Position numbers and translations under genes: made by a program
In this document: positions 1-13,790 of the stretch, in pieces
Position numbering within the stretch: position 1 is the stretch's first letter
Layout: each line of letters opens with the position of its first letter
Assembly (NCBI GenBank): GCA_951406725.2
Contig: OX597818.1
Location: forward strand, 29,884,001-29,948,000
Reading direction: 5' to 3'
Origin: Octopus vulgaris
Taxonomy: Eukaryota
DNA: 64,000 nucleotides
The notes under the pieces: model-generated
Told to the model about the DNA's origin: nothing
Seen by the model: the letters and a program-made list of their open reading frames with translations, nothing else
The model's database searches: none

Positions 1-1798
1 GCCCAAACTAGTTGGAATTTTACAACTCTGGAGATGTGAATACTATACTTCAAAACATCCTGAACTCAATATAGACAGTATGTACAACATCAGTACCGCG
101 TAAGCACAAAAAACATCCCAAAATTGCAATTTGGGAGACTGCAGCAGTCAGACTTGTCAGGAAAGAATGTTGTATGCTGAACTGGAATACAAACTGCATA
201 AATCAGATATAAATAGAAAAAGCGCAATAAATCATCCATCTCAAGCAGGTGACAGAAAGGAGAGTACTTAAATTTGAACAATGCATAGCAACCAACACTG
301 ACAGTAAAGTGTTCTGGAAATATGTACATTCAATGTAGAGACCTCGCTCTCCAGTTGGTCTTTTTCGCAAACCCCACACAAGTCAGATTACTGACGATCT
401 CAAAGAATGCGTAGAACAACCATTAGCATCGCTTGGGGATGGGGGCAGTGTTCCCTGGACGGAACTTTTAAAGAGGCAGCACTTTTCATCTTATTGCTGT
501 CAGCAATATGTGTTTTTTGTGGGGTCTGGGAGTGGTACACACAAGTGCACAGAACTCATTGCTGAATGCTATGCAGGCATTTTCACTGTTGAAAATCAAA
601 ATGTACCATCTCCACCAACTCTGACATCGAATTCTATAACAACTATGGAATTTACACCTGCAATGTTGCAACATCACTTTAAGAATAAGTGCCACTATGC
701 CTGTCCTGGTCTTGATGGTGTTACATACCTGCTTTTCAAAAGTGGTGGGTAGTGTGACCACATGTTGTCTGTCAACTATTGTCCAGTCAGTCTTACTAGC
801 TGCATTGCCAAACTGATGGAATCCTGTGTCACAAAGTCTGGAACTTCTGGAATTCTCACAGCCTTATCCAGCCCACAATTTGGATTTATCCCTTACTCCA
901 GCTGCTATGATCAACTTACTGTTTCTTGAAGACATCACCTGGATCACTGATGACGGCTCATGGGTAGATGTTGTTTACCTTGACTTTGCTAAAGCTTTTA
1001 ATCTGTGTCACACGAAAGACTTATGGCAAAACTCTCTGCAATGGGTGTGAAAGATGATCTTTATAACTGGTTGTAGTCATCCATTCTCAGCTGAAAAGCG
1101 GTAATCACTGTTCTAGGACAGCATTCTTCAGCCTATAAGATATCATCTGGTGTACTGCAGGGATCTGTTCTTGGTCCCCTTTTGTTTGTTGCATACATTA
1201 ATGACATAGATGCCAACTTAAAGAATGCCACAGTGCTGAAATATGACATGTTGTACCTTGAGATAAAAAGGACAGATCCTGAACACTATAGATCTTTCCT
1301 GCAATTGGACTTGGACACACTGCAGCAATGGATCAAGGACTGGCAACTCAAGCTGGCTGTGGACAATTGCACCACCATGCATTTTGGGAGGAAAAACCCA
1401 GCATCCACATACTCCCTCCACAACACTAATATCAAGAAGTTTTCTTGTGAATGTAACCTGGGCATTACTGTCAGTAGCAATTTGTGCAGCTCTAAAATTG
1501 TCGAGGCCAGGGTTATCTTGACATCAATCAGCAAGACCTTTGTCAGCCACTCTCCAGCTATCTATTTAAGGCTATGGTGCGGCCACACTTGGAATTTGTA
1601 TCACCGGTCTGGAACCCCTATCTTGCTCAGATAAGAAACTGTACAGAGATGTGCAACCAAGCAAATCCTCTCCATCAGGCATCTACCATACTCTGAATGC
1701 CTTGCTTCCCTGGGCATAGATACACTGAAGCTCCGATGTCTGGCAACTGACTTGGTAAATACCCATAAAATTATTAACCATCGTGTTAACAGCAACTT
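1..1798 (+). mobile_element. Decayed CR1/L2-like LINE (RT region), older copy of the family at 31.7-34.6 kb
   Basis: Fragmented ORFs (WVDVVYLDFAKAF, QGSVLGP, FVAYINDIDANLKNATVLKY, WQLKLAVDNCTTMHFG) are collinear with the 31808-34568 ORFs but carry many stops and indels; the element runs off the left edge. Confidence 0.92.
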
Positions 1799-2258
1799 AA
1801 TCGACTAGCCCCCGCCCCCTCCACACAAATTTCAGGCCTTGTGTCTTTAGTAGAAAGGATTATTATTATTATTATTCTTTTTTACTCTTGGCACAAGGCC
1901 TGAAAATTTTGGGACGGGGGCCAATCGATTAGATCAACCCCAGTATGCAACTGGTACTTAATTTATTGACCCGAAAGGATGAAAGGCAAAGTCGACTCCG
2001 GTGGAGTTTGAACAGAATGTAAAGACAGTTGAATTACCACTAAGGATTATCATTATTATTATTGAGGCAGCAAGCTGGCAGAATCGTTAGCGTACTGAGT
2101 AAAATGTTTAAAAGCATTTCATCCATCTTTGCGTCCTGAGTTCAAATGCCACCAAGGTCAAATTTGCCTTTCAAGGTTGATAAATTAAGTACTAGCGAAA
2201 CACTGGGGTCAATGTAATTTCAGGTTTTATTCCTTTAGTAGAAAGGATTATTATTATT
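1799..2258. mobile_element. Cluster of tRNA-derived SINE (family A) copies in both orientations, with (ATT)n tails
   Basis: Shares gccttt-ca(tcctttcgg)ggtcgataaattaagtaccag and GAGTTCAAAT with the copy at 53113. Confidence 0.8.
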
Positions 2259-2799
2259 ACAGCTTTATAATTCATCTCTGCATACCAACATGGTATTAAA
2301 AGAGCTAGAGTTAGTTCTATTTAAACATTCTTTTCTTTCTGTAAATTCCAAATTGACAGTTACGTGAGATAACACTTCATTGTTAAAATAAAGAGAAAGG
2401 TAATGCAAGGCATATTTATTGAATTTAAACTGTTGTTAAATGACAAGGTTTTAAAATATTGCCAGATTATTTCATTTTTCTCACATTCAGCAAACAACTT
2501 CCTCACTAAATGTGAGAAAATGACATGAATTGGACATTTTGTGATAGAAATATGTAACACAAGGGGTTAAGAAATAAGATAGGCATTAATTAACTAAACA
2601 GAAAAAATATGGTGGAAATATTTTGAAAAATGATGGCTGTCTAATTATTTTTCCCAGTAAATCTATATTTATCTTTTTATAGTATCAAAGATGATGTTTC
2701 TAAACATTCAAATATTTATGTGAATAGTCAAAACAAGAGTTTCATAGTCCTACTTATGAAATGTAAAGCTGTTGGGTTTTGTTTGGACATATAAATGTA

Positions 2800-3702
2800 C
2801 GAGGTGGTATCAAAAGGTTGTCAGACTAATTATGTTTAATAAAAAATAACTTATTTATCCAAGTTTTAACATCATCTCCTTTGAAACAGTCACCTTGCAC
2901 AGCAATTCACTGGTCCCAGTGTTCCTGCTACTTTTGGAATCCAGCCTGGAAGTTATTTTCCCTGAGTCGAGGACGTCAATAATTCACTCTGGATCTCAAC
3001 AATGGTGGTTAAAACAGTGACCTTTGAGCTGCATTTTCATCTTGGGGAAGAGATGGAAGTCTGCAGGTGCTAAATCTGGTGAACAGGGTGGGTGCGGAAG
3101 CGATACCATGTTGTTTTTGGTGAAAAACTCAAGAGTGAGGAGAGCTCAGTGACAGGGTGCATTGACATAGTGAAGAGTCAAATTCTTCAATCTCCACAGA
3201 TCCGGTCGCTTTCGCTGAATGTCCTCCCTCAGATGTTTCAAAACATCACAGTAGAACTCTTGATTTATGGTCTGGCCCTGGGGCATGAATTCTTGATGCA
3301 CAATATCACATTTCCAGGAGTGACACTCATGGCAGGTCTTCCAGATCGCTCACTGTCTCCTAGGGATATTCTTCTGCTTTTGAAGTGCCTGTGTCACTCG
3401 AAACATTGCGTACAACCCATTGCTTCATTGTCATAAGCTTGCCGAAGCATGCTCAATGTCTCTGTAGCAGACTTCCCAAGTTTAAGGCAAAATTTCATGT
3501 TGGCTCGTTCCTGTCCATGACAAAATCATACACTACATCATACTTGTGATCACAAAAACACAAATTTCACAACTTGCAAAATAAGCAGTGATGTCACTCA
3601 GCACACTGCCTCATGTAGGTCACTGCTAGCTCTCACTGCATATGCTACTATGTGCTGCCATCTGTTGGCATGCTACAGAACTAGTCCGAAAACTTTCTGG
3701 TA
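2800..3702 (-). mobile_element. Mariner transposon remnant, internally deleted
   Basis: The minus strand at about 3010-3095 reads HPPCSPDLAPADFHLFPKMKMQLKG (mariner HPPYSPDLAPSD motif); C-terminal EHWDQxIAVQGDCF; degenerate TIRs at about 2806-2831 and 3679-3702. Confidence 0.85.
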
Positions 3703-3894
3703 GACAGAAGGTAATACAGAACTGTTTCTAACATTAGGAAATAAAAAATTATATTAAGCCCAAAATTAAGCTGTTAAAACTTTAACCATAGATCTAAGTA
3801 CATTGAATTTATAATTTTATTTTTAAGAAAACTTGATATAAAGAAAAGAAATGTAATGATGATAGTATTAAAAAGGTTGTTGCTTATAAGGCAC

Positions 3895-4150
3895 AAAATA
3901 AATATAGCCAATGGTTTCTTGAGTGGACTGTTCCAAGCATTTAATACATATTCCATCTGAGGGAACACGATTAGTATGTTTACAGAAACTATTAAGCTAT
4001 TTCTATTTGTTGTTGGTCTTCTCACTCCAGATTCAAAGGTAATGTTAATGCTTTTCTGTAAGCTGTTATCAGTATAAACAAAGTAGAATGGCTTTGACCG
4101 AAGATCAACTCTGATTTCAGCTTTCTAGAAGCATACTCCTACTTTACAAC
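3895..4150 (-). mobile_element. Short, highly decayed LINE C-terminal fragment
   Basis: IVFPQMEYVLNAWNSPLKK resembles the LVRPxLEYxxxxWNPxLKK motif of CR1/L2 ORF2. Confidence 0.45.
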
Positions 4151-4452
4151 ACTCACTGTATCCAGTTTGTTTCTAAGAAACTTAATACAGAAAAATAGTT
4201 TACTTTATCTCATTTCATTAAGCAGTTTAATAGGAAAAAGAAAAAGGATAGCAAGCAAAAACCAAATATTGTCATCAGTTAGTATGTCTGTAGAATAAAT
4301 TTCACTTCACAAATTTCTCCAAGGATTTGCTTTTTTTTTTCAGATCAACTATAACTATCTTGATCTATGTTTCCTTTAAAATACTTGATATTTTATCAAC
4401 ACATTAAGAATATTAACATGTAGGAAAGAAGCTAAAAACCAAATATAAAATA

Positions 4453-5978
4453 CACTGAACTGCAAAAGAAACACGAGATATGTGTGACTGTGAAATGTGT
4501 TTTAATTTCATTATGTCAGAGATAAATTTTGATATATCTGATAAAGTCAATTTCTTGGATGCACTTTGACTACAGTCTATGGGTCGTTGTCATATGTTCT
4601 GGTAGTGGGTGGATCTAGCACATTGACATTGTAGGGTGTGACATGTTCAATACCGTGTATGCCCTCCCTGGGTGTTTAAAACGCCCATACACCGTTGGTA
4701 CACAGAGTGCATGCGGTGGTTCACAAAAGCCATTGGCACCTGTGCCTACACTCTGAGGAAAGCTACTCCCAGTTCCACATAAGCTGTTGGCCTTGGGACC
4801 ACCTGGTTCAACCGTCACTGGATTTCATCCCACAGGAGTTCAATTGGGTTCAAATCTGGGCTGAGAGCTGGCCACTGCATGGTTCTGATGTTGTGCTGAT
4901 GCAGGAATTCCATGGTGACCCTGGCGACGTGGGAGGGAACACTGTCCTGCTGGAACATGTGGCTATGGTGACATGTGAAGAAGGGCACGATGTGAGGTCT
5001 TAGGATCTGGTCAACGTAGTGCTGTGCTGTGATGCCATTCCCTCTGCCTGCATCAACATTTTGGAACACATGGGGCCCAATTCTCTGATTCAGGTATATA
5101 GCACCCCAAACCATGATGCTTTGTACACGCCATATATCTCTCTCCATGACACATGCATCTCTGTTGCATTCACCCCTCCTAGGTCACACCCTCACTCTGC
5201 CCTCTGAGGTAGAAATGCACTACTGACTCTTGTCAGAGAAGACTATTGACCTCCATTGTTGGTGCAGTGTGCTCCACTGTAGTCATGTGTGATGGTGGTG
5301 GGTGGCAAGGACAAGCCCTTGAGCATGATGATGGCAATGCAGGTTGTTGGCGGACAGTTGATGTTATACCATGTTGTCACTGATGGGTTGCTGTCCAGTG
5401 CCAATGGTCTCATAAGCTGTCACACTGGCCAGTCCAAAGCAATCACAGAGGTGTCAAAGGTGGATGAAACAGTCCTGCCTGGGCATGGTCACCCAGGAGT
5501 GCCCTCTGCAGGCACGGTCTGCAGTGCTGTTGGTCTTGTTGTATCACTGTTGCAGGCAATAGATGGTGCAGACATGGACATTATAAGCTTTCGCAACAAC
5601 CAGAGTATGCTGCCCTGCTTGCAACTGACCAATAGCATGTTCTCTCTGCGCTGCTGACAATCAGGTCATGCTTGATGCATCCAAATTATGAATGCCAGGA
5701 ATATGGTTTGAGCTGATTTTTATACCCATAACCTCCAATGAGATGCACGTGCATTTTGGTTTTCATGACAATTGTTTGCAACTGCCACCCACTGCATTCA
5801 ATGCAGCTGTGTTTTGGCGTCTCGTTTCAGGGAAAGTTGAAAGGTTACCTACAATTTGGGTCTCAGCCATAAACAGCATGTCTTGGAATATTTACACTTA
5901 TATCCCCAAAATAAATTTTCAGAATTTACCATATAAAAATAACATTTGAAAAAATTGTGTTTCTTTTGCGGTTCAGTG
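4453..5978 (-). mobile_element. Full-length decayed Tc1-like transposon (DD34E)
   Basis: TIRs CACTGAACTGCAAAAGAAACAC / GTGTTTCTTTTGCGGTTCAGTG flanked by TA. ORF 4815-5147 has MVWGAI, FQQD and WPALSPDLNPIE, with 34 residues between D and E. Confidence 0.93.
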
Positions 5979-6564
5979 TATAGTTACAAAATACATAAAC
6001 TCTAAGCACAATTTAGAAGCCATACACCATAGTCAAAACCTTAAGGTGACTCTTCAAATGATTATTATGTAATTAAATAAAAATAATCTTAACTGTTCCA
6101 GGGCCATGGGAACTCTGCCAGGCTACCTTCTCACCACTTGTCACACCCTTTTCAAGTAACTCATAACCTCATATTACCGCTTACCTCAATCACATACCTC
6201 TCTAAAGGCTTGAAACAGAAAGTGGAAGAACAGTTTTCTGCTGTATTACAGCCTTACAAGTAATGTTAGGCAGTGATACAGTATTGGTGTTCAACAAAGA
6301 AACTTCTACATATTGTATGACCTGCTGGAAACAGCAGTCATATCCTCTTCAAAATACAAATACACCTACCATCTTAAGTAAGGGATGTATAAGACAATGT
6401 AATTCCTGATATAAAAAATATTTAAAAAATGATGTTTACTGGAATGCCTTTCATCATAGATTTGGTTCATCAGAACTGATATGGGACTAAGCAACAACCA
6501 AGTCAATGAAGAAAGATTTCTGTGTGGTCACTTGAGCAACTAAAATAACAGCCAAATTTTCTTA

Positions 6565-6895
6565 TTCAGGCTCACAACATCTGAATACAGTGCAATATAA
6601 TTTCTTTTTCTCAACAGGCCCTGCACTAATTAATGTTATCCCAAAAGAAATCAAAAAAGAAAAAAAGAATCCCATCATCTTCAAATAATACCTGGACAAA
6701 TTTCTTCAAGGGATATCAGGTAAGTCACCTATACTTGAATACATCTTAGTCAACAAGAGCTCCCTACTTGAATAGGTCATGATGACCACAAAATTTGATT
6801 TAAAAATTACTTAACTGATCCTATCAGGTGGTGCTATTAAATTAGATATGGCTTGGGCCAAAGTTTAGCTGAAACATGTTTATCAAGTTTAAGTC
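6565..6895 (+). mobile_element. 3' fragment of an L2/CR1-group LINE
   Basis: Reads NFFFSTGPALINVIPKEIK...FK..LDKFLQGI, a typical ORF2 C-terminus, followed by a 3'UTR-like tail. Confidence 0.6.
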
Positions 6896-7689
6896 ACCGC
6901 ATTCAAAATTTTAAAATGACACATTGAATAACAAAGTCCATTATATTACAAAAATACGAGACATATAATACATGATAGAAAACAGACACATGATGGAAAA
7001 TTGTTCCAGCATACTCTTGCCTGAATCATGCAAGTATGGAAAAGTACATGTTAGGGCAGTGGTTCCCTCAGTACTTATAACAGAAAATAACATTAAACTT
7101 TAGCACCTTCATGTATGTACACCTCAGCATTCCACTTTAAAATGAAAAAATGTTTTCTTTAGCAATCAAGTCTCGGTTACTACTCATTTTTTCAAGAATA
7201 TAACATCAAAAGGAAGATGGATGTTAGCATGAGGTTGAAAGTAAGTTTCTTTAAGGAAAAGTATTGGAGGTTAAACACAATTCTAATGTTAAGACAGTGA
7301 CATTACATCTGACTGCAAAGTGGAATAGTTGCTCTCAAAATACCAGCTTCAACAATTCATACAGATAATCAAAGATATAGAACTAGTCTTACCAATTTAG
7401 CATGTAAAATCAAATGTAAATAAAATAAAAGAAAATTTCTACAGAAAGACCATAAGATTGGATTATGAAGAAAAGTTAGCAAACTTATTCATCAATTCCA
7501 TTTTTGATATCATCAAAAGAACAGGAGGAACAAAGTTTTAAATATGAACTTTAACAACAGGCTGGCAAGCTATTTTGCAGAAATGAGAATTCAACAGAGT
7601 AACTTATACAGAGAAACTTAAAAGAATGGAAACTACAATTTTCTGTAATTCAGAGCACCTCATAGTCCAAGCAGACAAAATAGAAAGAT

Positions 7690-8400
7690 AGTTGCTCCAG
7701 AGGATAGTAAGGCAGATGTGCTGGAACAGCTACTCTGACTCGTGGGGCTCACACTTGCAGATAGCCATCTCTGTCCTGATAGCAGTGAGCAAGGATATGG
7801 TCTTGGGGTAAAGAACACTGGAGGCCTCCACTGCTACAGGCTTGACCATAAACCCAACAGAGCAATTGATACCTTGACATTTGCTTTTCTCAGCGTGATG
7901 AGCAGTGGAGCCAGGGGTAGTAGTTGAACACACCAAGTTGCCACTGGAGAAGGTGTCACAGCATGAGACATCCCAGATGAGAGGCCTATTGCTACAAAAT
8001 GGGAAAATTGTCATACCATCAGGCCTTTTATTGCCCCTTCAGTCTAACCCCACTGGTTCAAGCTGTAAAGAGAAGCCAATGGTATCTAGGTCATGCTTTA
8101 TGATCTTGTTAAGGGCAGTACGACACAGGAGATGACCAGTACTATGACGGCATGACTGTGGATAGAGGCTGAAAGGATCCACAGTGGCATTCACAAGGCT
8201 CACAGATTTGGAGGCCAAGCCTCAGGGAAATGCTAGTGTGCAAACAGTTACTAGGAAGCTGAGTGCCAATCATGAGTGATGGCACCACATTGAGTCAGGC
8301 TCCATTGTGAGGCTTGGATGCAGAGCAGAAAAATGCCAGACAGTGCTGGTCAAGTTGGTACACTAACTTGCCTGAGTCTCACAATCTGTTAGAGATAGTG
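7690..8400 (-). mobile_element. Decayed RLE-type non-LTR retrotransposon C-terminus (CRE-like)
   Basis: The minus strand reads ..SCRHSTGHLLCRTALNKIIKHDL..LEPVGLD..NKRPDGMTIFPFCSNRPLIWDVSCCDTF..KPVAVEASSVL, matching the zinc-knuckle / RPD..D..K restriction-like endonuclease layout. Confidence 0.75.
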
Positions 8401-9949
8401 CTGCCTAGTCCAAGATTAATAGCCCTTTGGCAATCACTTTCTACATACTTTTCCCTACAGGTACTGATTTTCAACTCTTAAGGCCAAATATTAGCTGTAT
8501 TGTTCTCACTGATCTCATTGAGCCTACAAAGGCTATGGGCACAGCCATTTGTTCTAGATCACTGATTCTCAACTTTTGAACTTAGTAACCCCAATTTACA
8601 GACACTCACCCCCATGTTTCTCAGAAACAAAAAAAAAAGCAAATTATTTTAAATAAACAAAAGCTAATTTTGTGCAGTGGTCTACTATCCATATGCTCTT
8701 ATACTATCCTATTCAGCATGTGCTTTATTTTAGATATTTGCACTGACTAGTGTCACAGATTCTTTAAGAAATCCAGTTATGCTGGACTTTAGTACATCAT
8801 CAATCATATTCTTAGTCACTGATAATACAATGTCCTATTCATATTCTAATCACAACAAAGCATATTTTAAAAATATGTTTACAATATAAAAATTGTACTT
8901 GGTTTAAATATCTTCTATAAAAAATCTCAGTCTTTCTAAACATCAAGCATCTCCCCAACACATTGTTTTCTTGTGAGCTCACAATGCTTTGAAGGGAATA
9001 CTGCTTCTAAGGTTAAGAACCACTACTTCAGACCATTCCAAAAAGAAAAAAATAATCTCATTTGGAGTAGAATTTCAGCCTAGAAAGAATTCTACTGAGA
9101 AGTATTAGATATTACAAAATATATATATTTAAATCTAAAATTCTTTGTTTCTTTCTCTCATTAGACACATCAACCTCTGGATATCATATCAACATTATAT
9201 CATCAAGATAGTCGTTCTTATCCTCATGAGCATTTTATCTATGATCGTTAACTTTATTTCCTCAAAGTCCAGTCTCGCTTTAGCTATTATCTTTGACTAG
9301 CACCTTATCAAGCCTAATTTTGTCATACCTTGCTCAGTCAGTTTTTGTTCTTCTTTTTATGTATTTATTTGTTAAAATAATTTAGTTAGGAAGAAGTAGC
9401 ACCAATACTCTTTCTCAGGATCTCTGTTACTGGCAGGAGAAAGTTATTCTCAGATGGTGCCAAAAGGCTCAAATACTTACACCAGAGTGGAGTCCACTAA
9501 ACATCCAAGAAATAGGTGGAGGTATTGAAACCAGGTGATGGTTCAGTCAACCACCCAATAACATGAATAGTCCCACCAGCTGACTTTCAGAGTTTCTATT
9601 TACTAAATTTAACTTACAAGGCTTTGGGCAACCCAAAGATATGGTAAACAAGACGTGACAAGAAACATTTTCTCTCATATATAAAAAGAATATCTGTCAT
9701 TGAAAACTACTAATTTTACTCCTTAGGCTATCTACTTAGCAAGGATTAATTGGGTCATCTAGATAAATGAACTTAATCTAAGGAACCATTCACATATCAC
9801 ACTGAGTTGGTAGATTTAATGCCTCATTCCCTGTCAGTCTGAAATTGCACTATATCTCTTATGCTCTAATTAGTTGATTAATCTAAATTATACTGAGGTC
9901 CTGCTCACTTTTCTTAGAATTGACCAAAATCATTTTTCTAACACTAATA

Positions 9950-10168
9950 TATTTCTTTACTACCCACAAGGGGCTAAACATAGAGGGGTAAAACAAGGAC
10001 AGACAAAGGGATTAAGTCGATTACATCAACTCCAGTGTGAAACTGGTACATTATTTATCAACTCCGAAAGGATGAAAGGTAAAGTCGACCTCGGCGGAAT
10101 TTGAACTCAGAACTCAACGGCAGACGAAATACTGCTAAGCATTTTGCCCGATGCGCTAACGTTTCTAC
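9950..10168 (-). mobile_element. tRNA-derived SINE family A
   Basis: Reverse complement of the 53113-53347 copy. Further copies at about 20160-20345, 24240-24445, 35115-35290, 40730-40957, 43565-43990 and 54565-54798. Confidence 0.85.
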
Positions 10169-10526
10169 TTTTTCTTTGAATAAAGCTCTTTATTCAGTCG
10201 TTTTCTTAATACACAGTCTTAATGCATACTAGTATGTATCTTGCAGGTTCCTTGAACTTACCCTTTGATAGTTGATTATATAATAGAATATACAAGGTTT
10301 TGAGAGAGGACAGCTTTTCATTTGTGATGTGAGATAATTAATAGACCTCTTCCTTCCACAATATTTTGCAAATTGGTTGGTACTAGGATGGTCCATACCA
10401 TAAAGCAAGTCTGTTTTTGTTCTAAAATAAATACTCCAAGAGCCGCAAAACCTTACATTATTGGTATTACCAGATAAACAAAAGGTTTGATGCCCCTTTT
10501 TTCAAAGTAAGAATAACTTCCACAGT

Positions 10527-10903
10527 TTACTCTTTTACTTGTTTCAGTCATTTGACTGCGGCCATGCTGGAGTACCACCTTTAGTCGAGCAAATTGACCC
10601 CCAGGACTTATTCCTTGCAAGCCTAGTACTTATTCCATCGGTCTCTTTTGCAGAACTGCTAAGTTACGGGGACGCAACCACACCAGCATCGGTTGTCAAG
10701 CGATGTTGGGGGGGGGGGGGGACAAACCAAACACACAAACATATACACCACACACATATATACGACGGGCTTCTTTCAGTTTCCGTCTACCAAATCCACT
10801 CACAAGGCTTTGGTAGAAGACACTTGCCCAAGGTACCACGCAGCGGGACTGAGCCCAGAACCATGTGGTTGATAAGCAACCTACTTACTACACAGCCACT
10901 CCT
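10527..10903 (-). mobile_element. tRNA-derived SINE family B (CORE-like accttgggcaagtgtctt segment, internal CA/TA microsatellite)
   Basis: Minus-strand head AGGAGTGGCTGTGTAGTAAG...GGGCTCAGTCCC (A/B-box-like). Near-identical copies at 25857-26236, 28500-28800, 41650-41960 and 46166-46545. Confidence 0.85.
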
Positions 10904-11454
10904 TTTGAATAAGAATTTATTGATATGAATTTTATTATATGTAACACATACAAACTAAGTGCAAAGTATTTGTGGCTTGTCGGTAAGTAACGTTTATAAA
11001 CTGAACGTTAAGAAATATGTAATTATGAAGTATTAGGAGATAACAAACAAATACCAGCCAAAGGTTAGATCTTTAAAATGTTATAAAAAAACATTCCAAA
11101 AGTAGAGAAATGATAGCGTGAACTGAATGAAGTTAAGAAGCTTCTGATGGCTTAATTTAAATGCGGATTATATCAAACGTGTGTATGTGTGAGAGAGAAC
11201 GAGAGAGAGAGAGCGTGTGTGTATGTGAACTTTGCAAAAAGAAAAAAAAATTAGATGCTGAAAGAATATCGCAGAGAGCAAATAGCTTGCATGCACATTA
11301 GCTCTATGCTATATGATACGGGTGGCTAGTAAATAAGCTGACGCGAACGAAAGGGTTAAAAAAATACTACCACAGTAACATAAAAAATATATAAATCCTT
11401 TTAGCGAAGGAAGAGAAATCTAGTGATTGAAGGAAACACGATCCAACGAAATCT

Positions 11455-12082
11455 TCACGTTGTCGTTCAACCTGCTAGAAATAACAGCCTGAGCTCCCTC
11501 AAATCACACTCAACAGTCTTAAAAAGGACTCGTTGGATAACGTGGTACTGGGTTCTATGTACTTAAGAAGAAAAAAATTAGATAGTCACAGCTGGAATGT
11601 TTTTGATTACAGGCCTGCTCTATTAGAACTGACATGAGGATAAACATTGCTGAACCAACAAAGCAGCTTCATCATAGTTGCTCGCTCTGCTAGAAACATC
11701 AGCCAATTAACCCTCAAACCATACTCTAGTCTCATTAGAATAGGATAAAGTGGTCACGAACACTATACTCAGAGAGAGAGAGAAAGAAAGAAAGAAAGAA
11801 AGAGAGAGAAAAATAAAGAAAAAGATTATCTTGGTTGAAATGCTATTGCTTAGAACTGATCTAAGGCTAAACAAGTAACTAATGAAGGAGTCTTCCATCT
11901 GGTCGCACGACCTACAAGAAACTGCAATCATCCCCCCGCCCCCAAGCATATTCCACTTTCTTAAAAATTAACACGTGGATAATGTTTTATATACACTCAA
12001 TTTAGAAAGATTGGATGACCATAGCAAGACCATCTTAGATCACAGGTTTGCTTGGTCAGGGTTGGCCTGGGGCTAAACAACA
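11455..12082. repeat. Several adjacent copies of a third dispersed SINE-like repeat (acctgctagaaatagcagccaa...ggggctaaacaac)
   Basis: The same motif series recurs at about 6310-6500, 12805-12990, 13240-13420 (opposite strand), 40130-40230 and 44860-44990. Confidence 0.65.
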
Positions 12083-13753
12083 GCTGAACCCACTACAATA
12101 TTGATTGATACAACATCAGAGGTGAACTCTGAAATATAAACTATCTTTCTTCTCTTCGATTAAGGTGAGATTTAATTTTATGAAGCATTCTCCAACCCTT
12201 ACACAAATCGTTTATCAACAATGTAGGCCTACAGTTTTAATGATAGCACAAATAAACAGAGCTTATGAATCTGTCGAGAGGTTATCGTATGACATCATTT
12301 GTTTTGAAGGACTTATACCCAGCCCACTAAAACTATATTTTATATTCAAATATATATATATATATATATCACAATAAAATATATCTAGTGACGAATATCT
12401 TTCTAATTGCGTGTAAAATTAGCTCCAGTTGAAGTAAACGATGAGTCCAGCTCGGGGATTAACCGATTTAGATTATTGATGATTTCAGAGGAATTTGAAG
12501 GCAGGGAGAATCTAAATTTAATGATTACCAAAGCTACATCCCCTGAAGGAGAAACCACCCGTTAGCAATGCAAATCGATACGTGATTGATATAATAGTTT
12601 GGACAAGTATTAGTCATCACAACCATTAAAAAAAAAAGAAGAGTAGCTGAACTGGATGCTGTAATTTAATTCATTCACAAGCAAAAACATTGTTCATGAC
12701 CATTAAAGTTAGGGTTACATAAGCGTTAATGTACAATTCTTATACCAGCTCGAGGCGCCGGCTCTTAATACCAATTACTTGAAAGATAACTAGGAAATTC
12801 TACATAGTTGGTCAACCAACTAGAAATAGCAGCCAAATTTCCCATCCCACCACCTTAAGAAATATCTAAAATTGATATTGTAGTACTGGATACATAGTCT
12901 CTATAAAACAAAAAAAGTGAGGCGATTATGAATGAATAGATTCATTGATCATAGTTCTATTTAATCAATGCTGAAATAGACAAAACAAGTTATGAAGATA
13001 CACATGATAGATCGGCTGTTCATCTCCGCATATCTTTTAGAAAACCTCACACTTTAGCGTGTTAAACATACACGTATTTATTTATACACGCTCATATAGT
13101 AACTGAACATTGTTTATAACAAATTGGAAGAGTACTCAATGCGAAACATAGAGTATAATTATATTTATCAGCTGTCTAATGTCTCTACATGAAATTTCAA
13201 TATACCTCGATCGGTTCAGTAATCGCTGATCTATGTTATGTTATTGTTTTGCTGTATGCCAACCCTGATGGAGCAGATCAACGATCAAAGCGTTCCAGTC
13301 ATGAACATCCCATCTAATTTGCAGACAATGCATCGAGAATATAATCAAAATTGTCTCCCTACTACTTTTAAGATGGTAGGGTATGATTTAAGGAATTTGG
13401 CTCCGTTTTGTAACAAAATAGATGTTTTTTGTTGGATCGACGTTCATATGTGTGTGCGCGCGTGTGTTCTCACATAGGGGAATATCGTGCATATAGATGT
13501 GCACTTATGTGGGAATTAAGTTCAATGTCGGACTTTATTGGTTACTATGGCCCTTTATTCTTACATCTATCATGAATATAGTGTGAATAAACGGTGATAT
13601 ATGTGACACCGAAAATATTTACAGTTGTTAATGGTAAAAGCAAGAAGATAAATCGCCTTCTCTAAGCCTCTTACATCGTAAAATAGCAGGGCACGGCATT
13701 TTAAACACAAATAAGAGGCACAGAAAAATTGGTAGCTATTTTACATCACTTAC

Positions 13754-13790
13754 CGGTGGTGATACCAGTAGCAATTGTTTGTCCACTCAT
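13754..13790 (-). CDS. Candidate first coding exon of an unidentified gene (MSGQTIATGITT, phase-1 intron)
   Basis: ATG at 13790 preceded by an in-frame TAA; perfect donor G|GTAAGT at 13753; sits beside a locally CpG-retaining non-repeat segment (13800-14050) and a CT-rich upstream region. No downstream exon found in the window. Confidence 0.5.

Noticed and set aside
8560-9025. Possible hAT MITE (CACTGATTCTCAAC / GTTAAGAACCACTA)
   Set aside because: TIRs degenerate and no convincing 8-bp TSD.
9476-9580. Possible minus-strand exon ending in GTAAGT
   Set aside because: All three frames contain stops and the acceptor lacks a pyrimidine tract.
10261-10421. Minus-strand segment bounded by ttttag and gtaagt, as a possible exon 2 of the 13.8-kb gene
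   Set aside because: The phase-1 frame required hits TGA; the only open frame has the wrong phase and no recognisable homology.
12437-12465. CGATGA-GTCC..GGAT hammerhead-like string
   Set aside because: No GAAA and no stem I or III.
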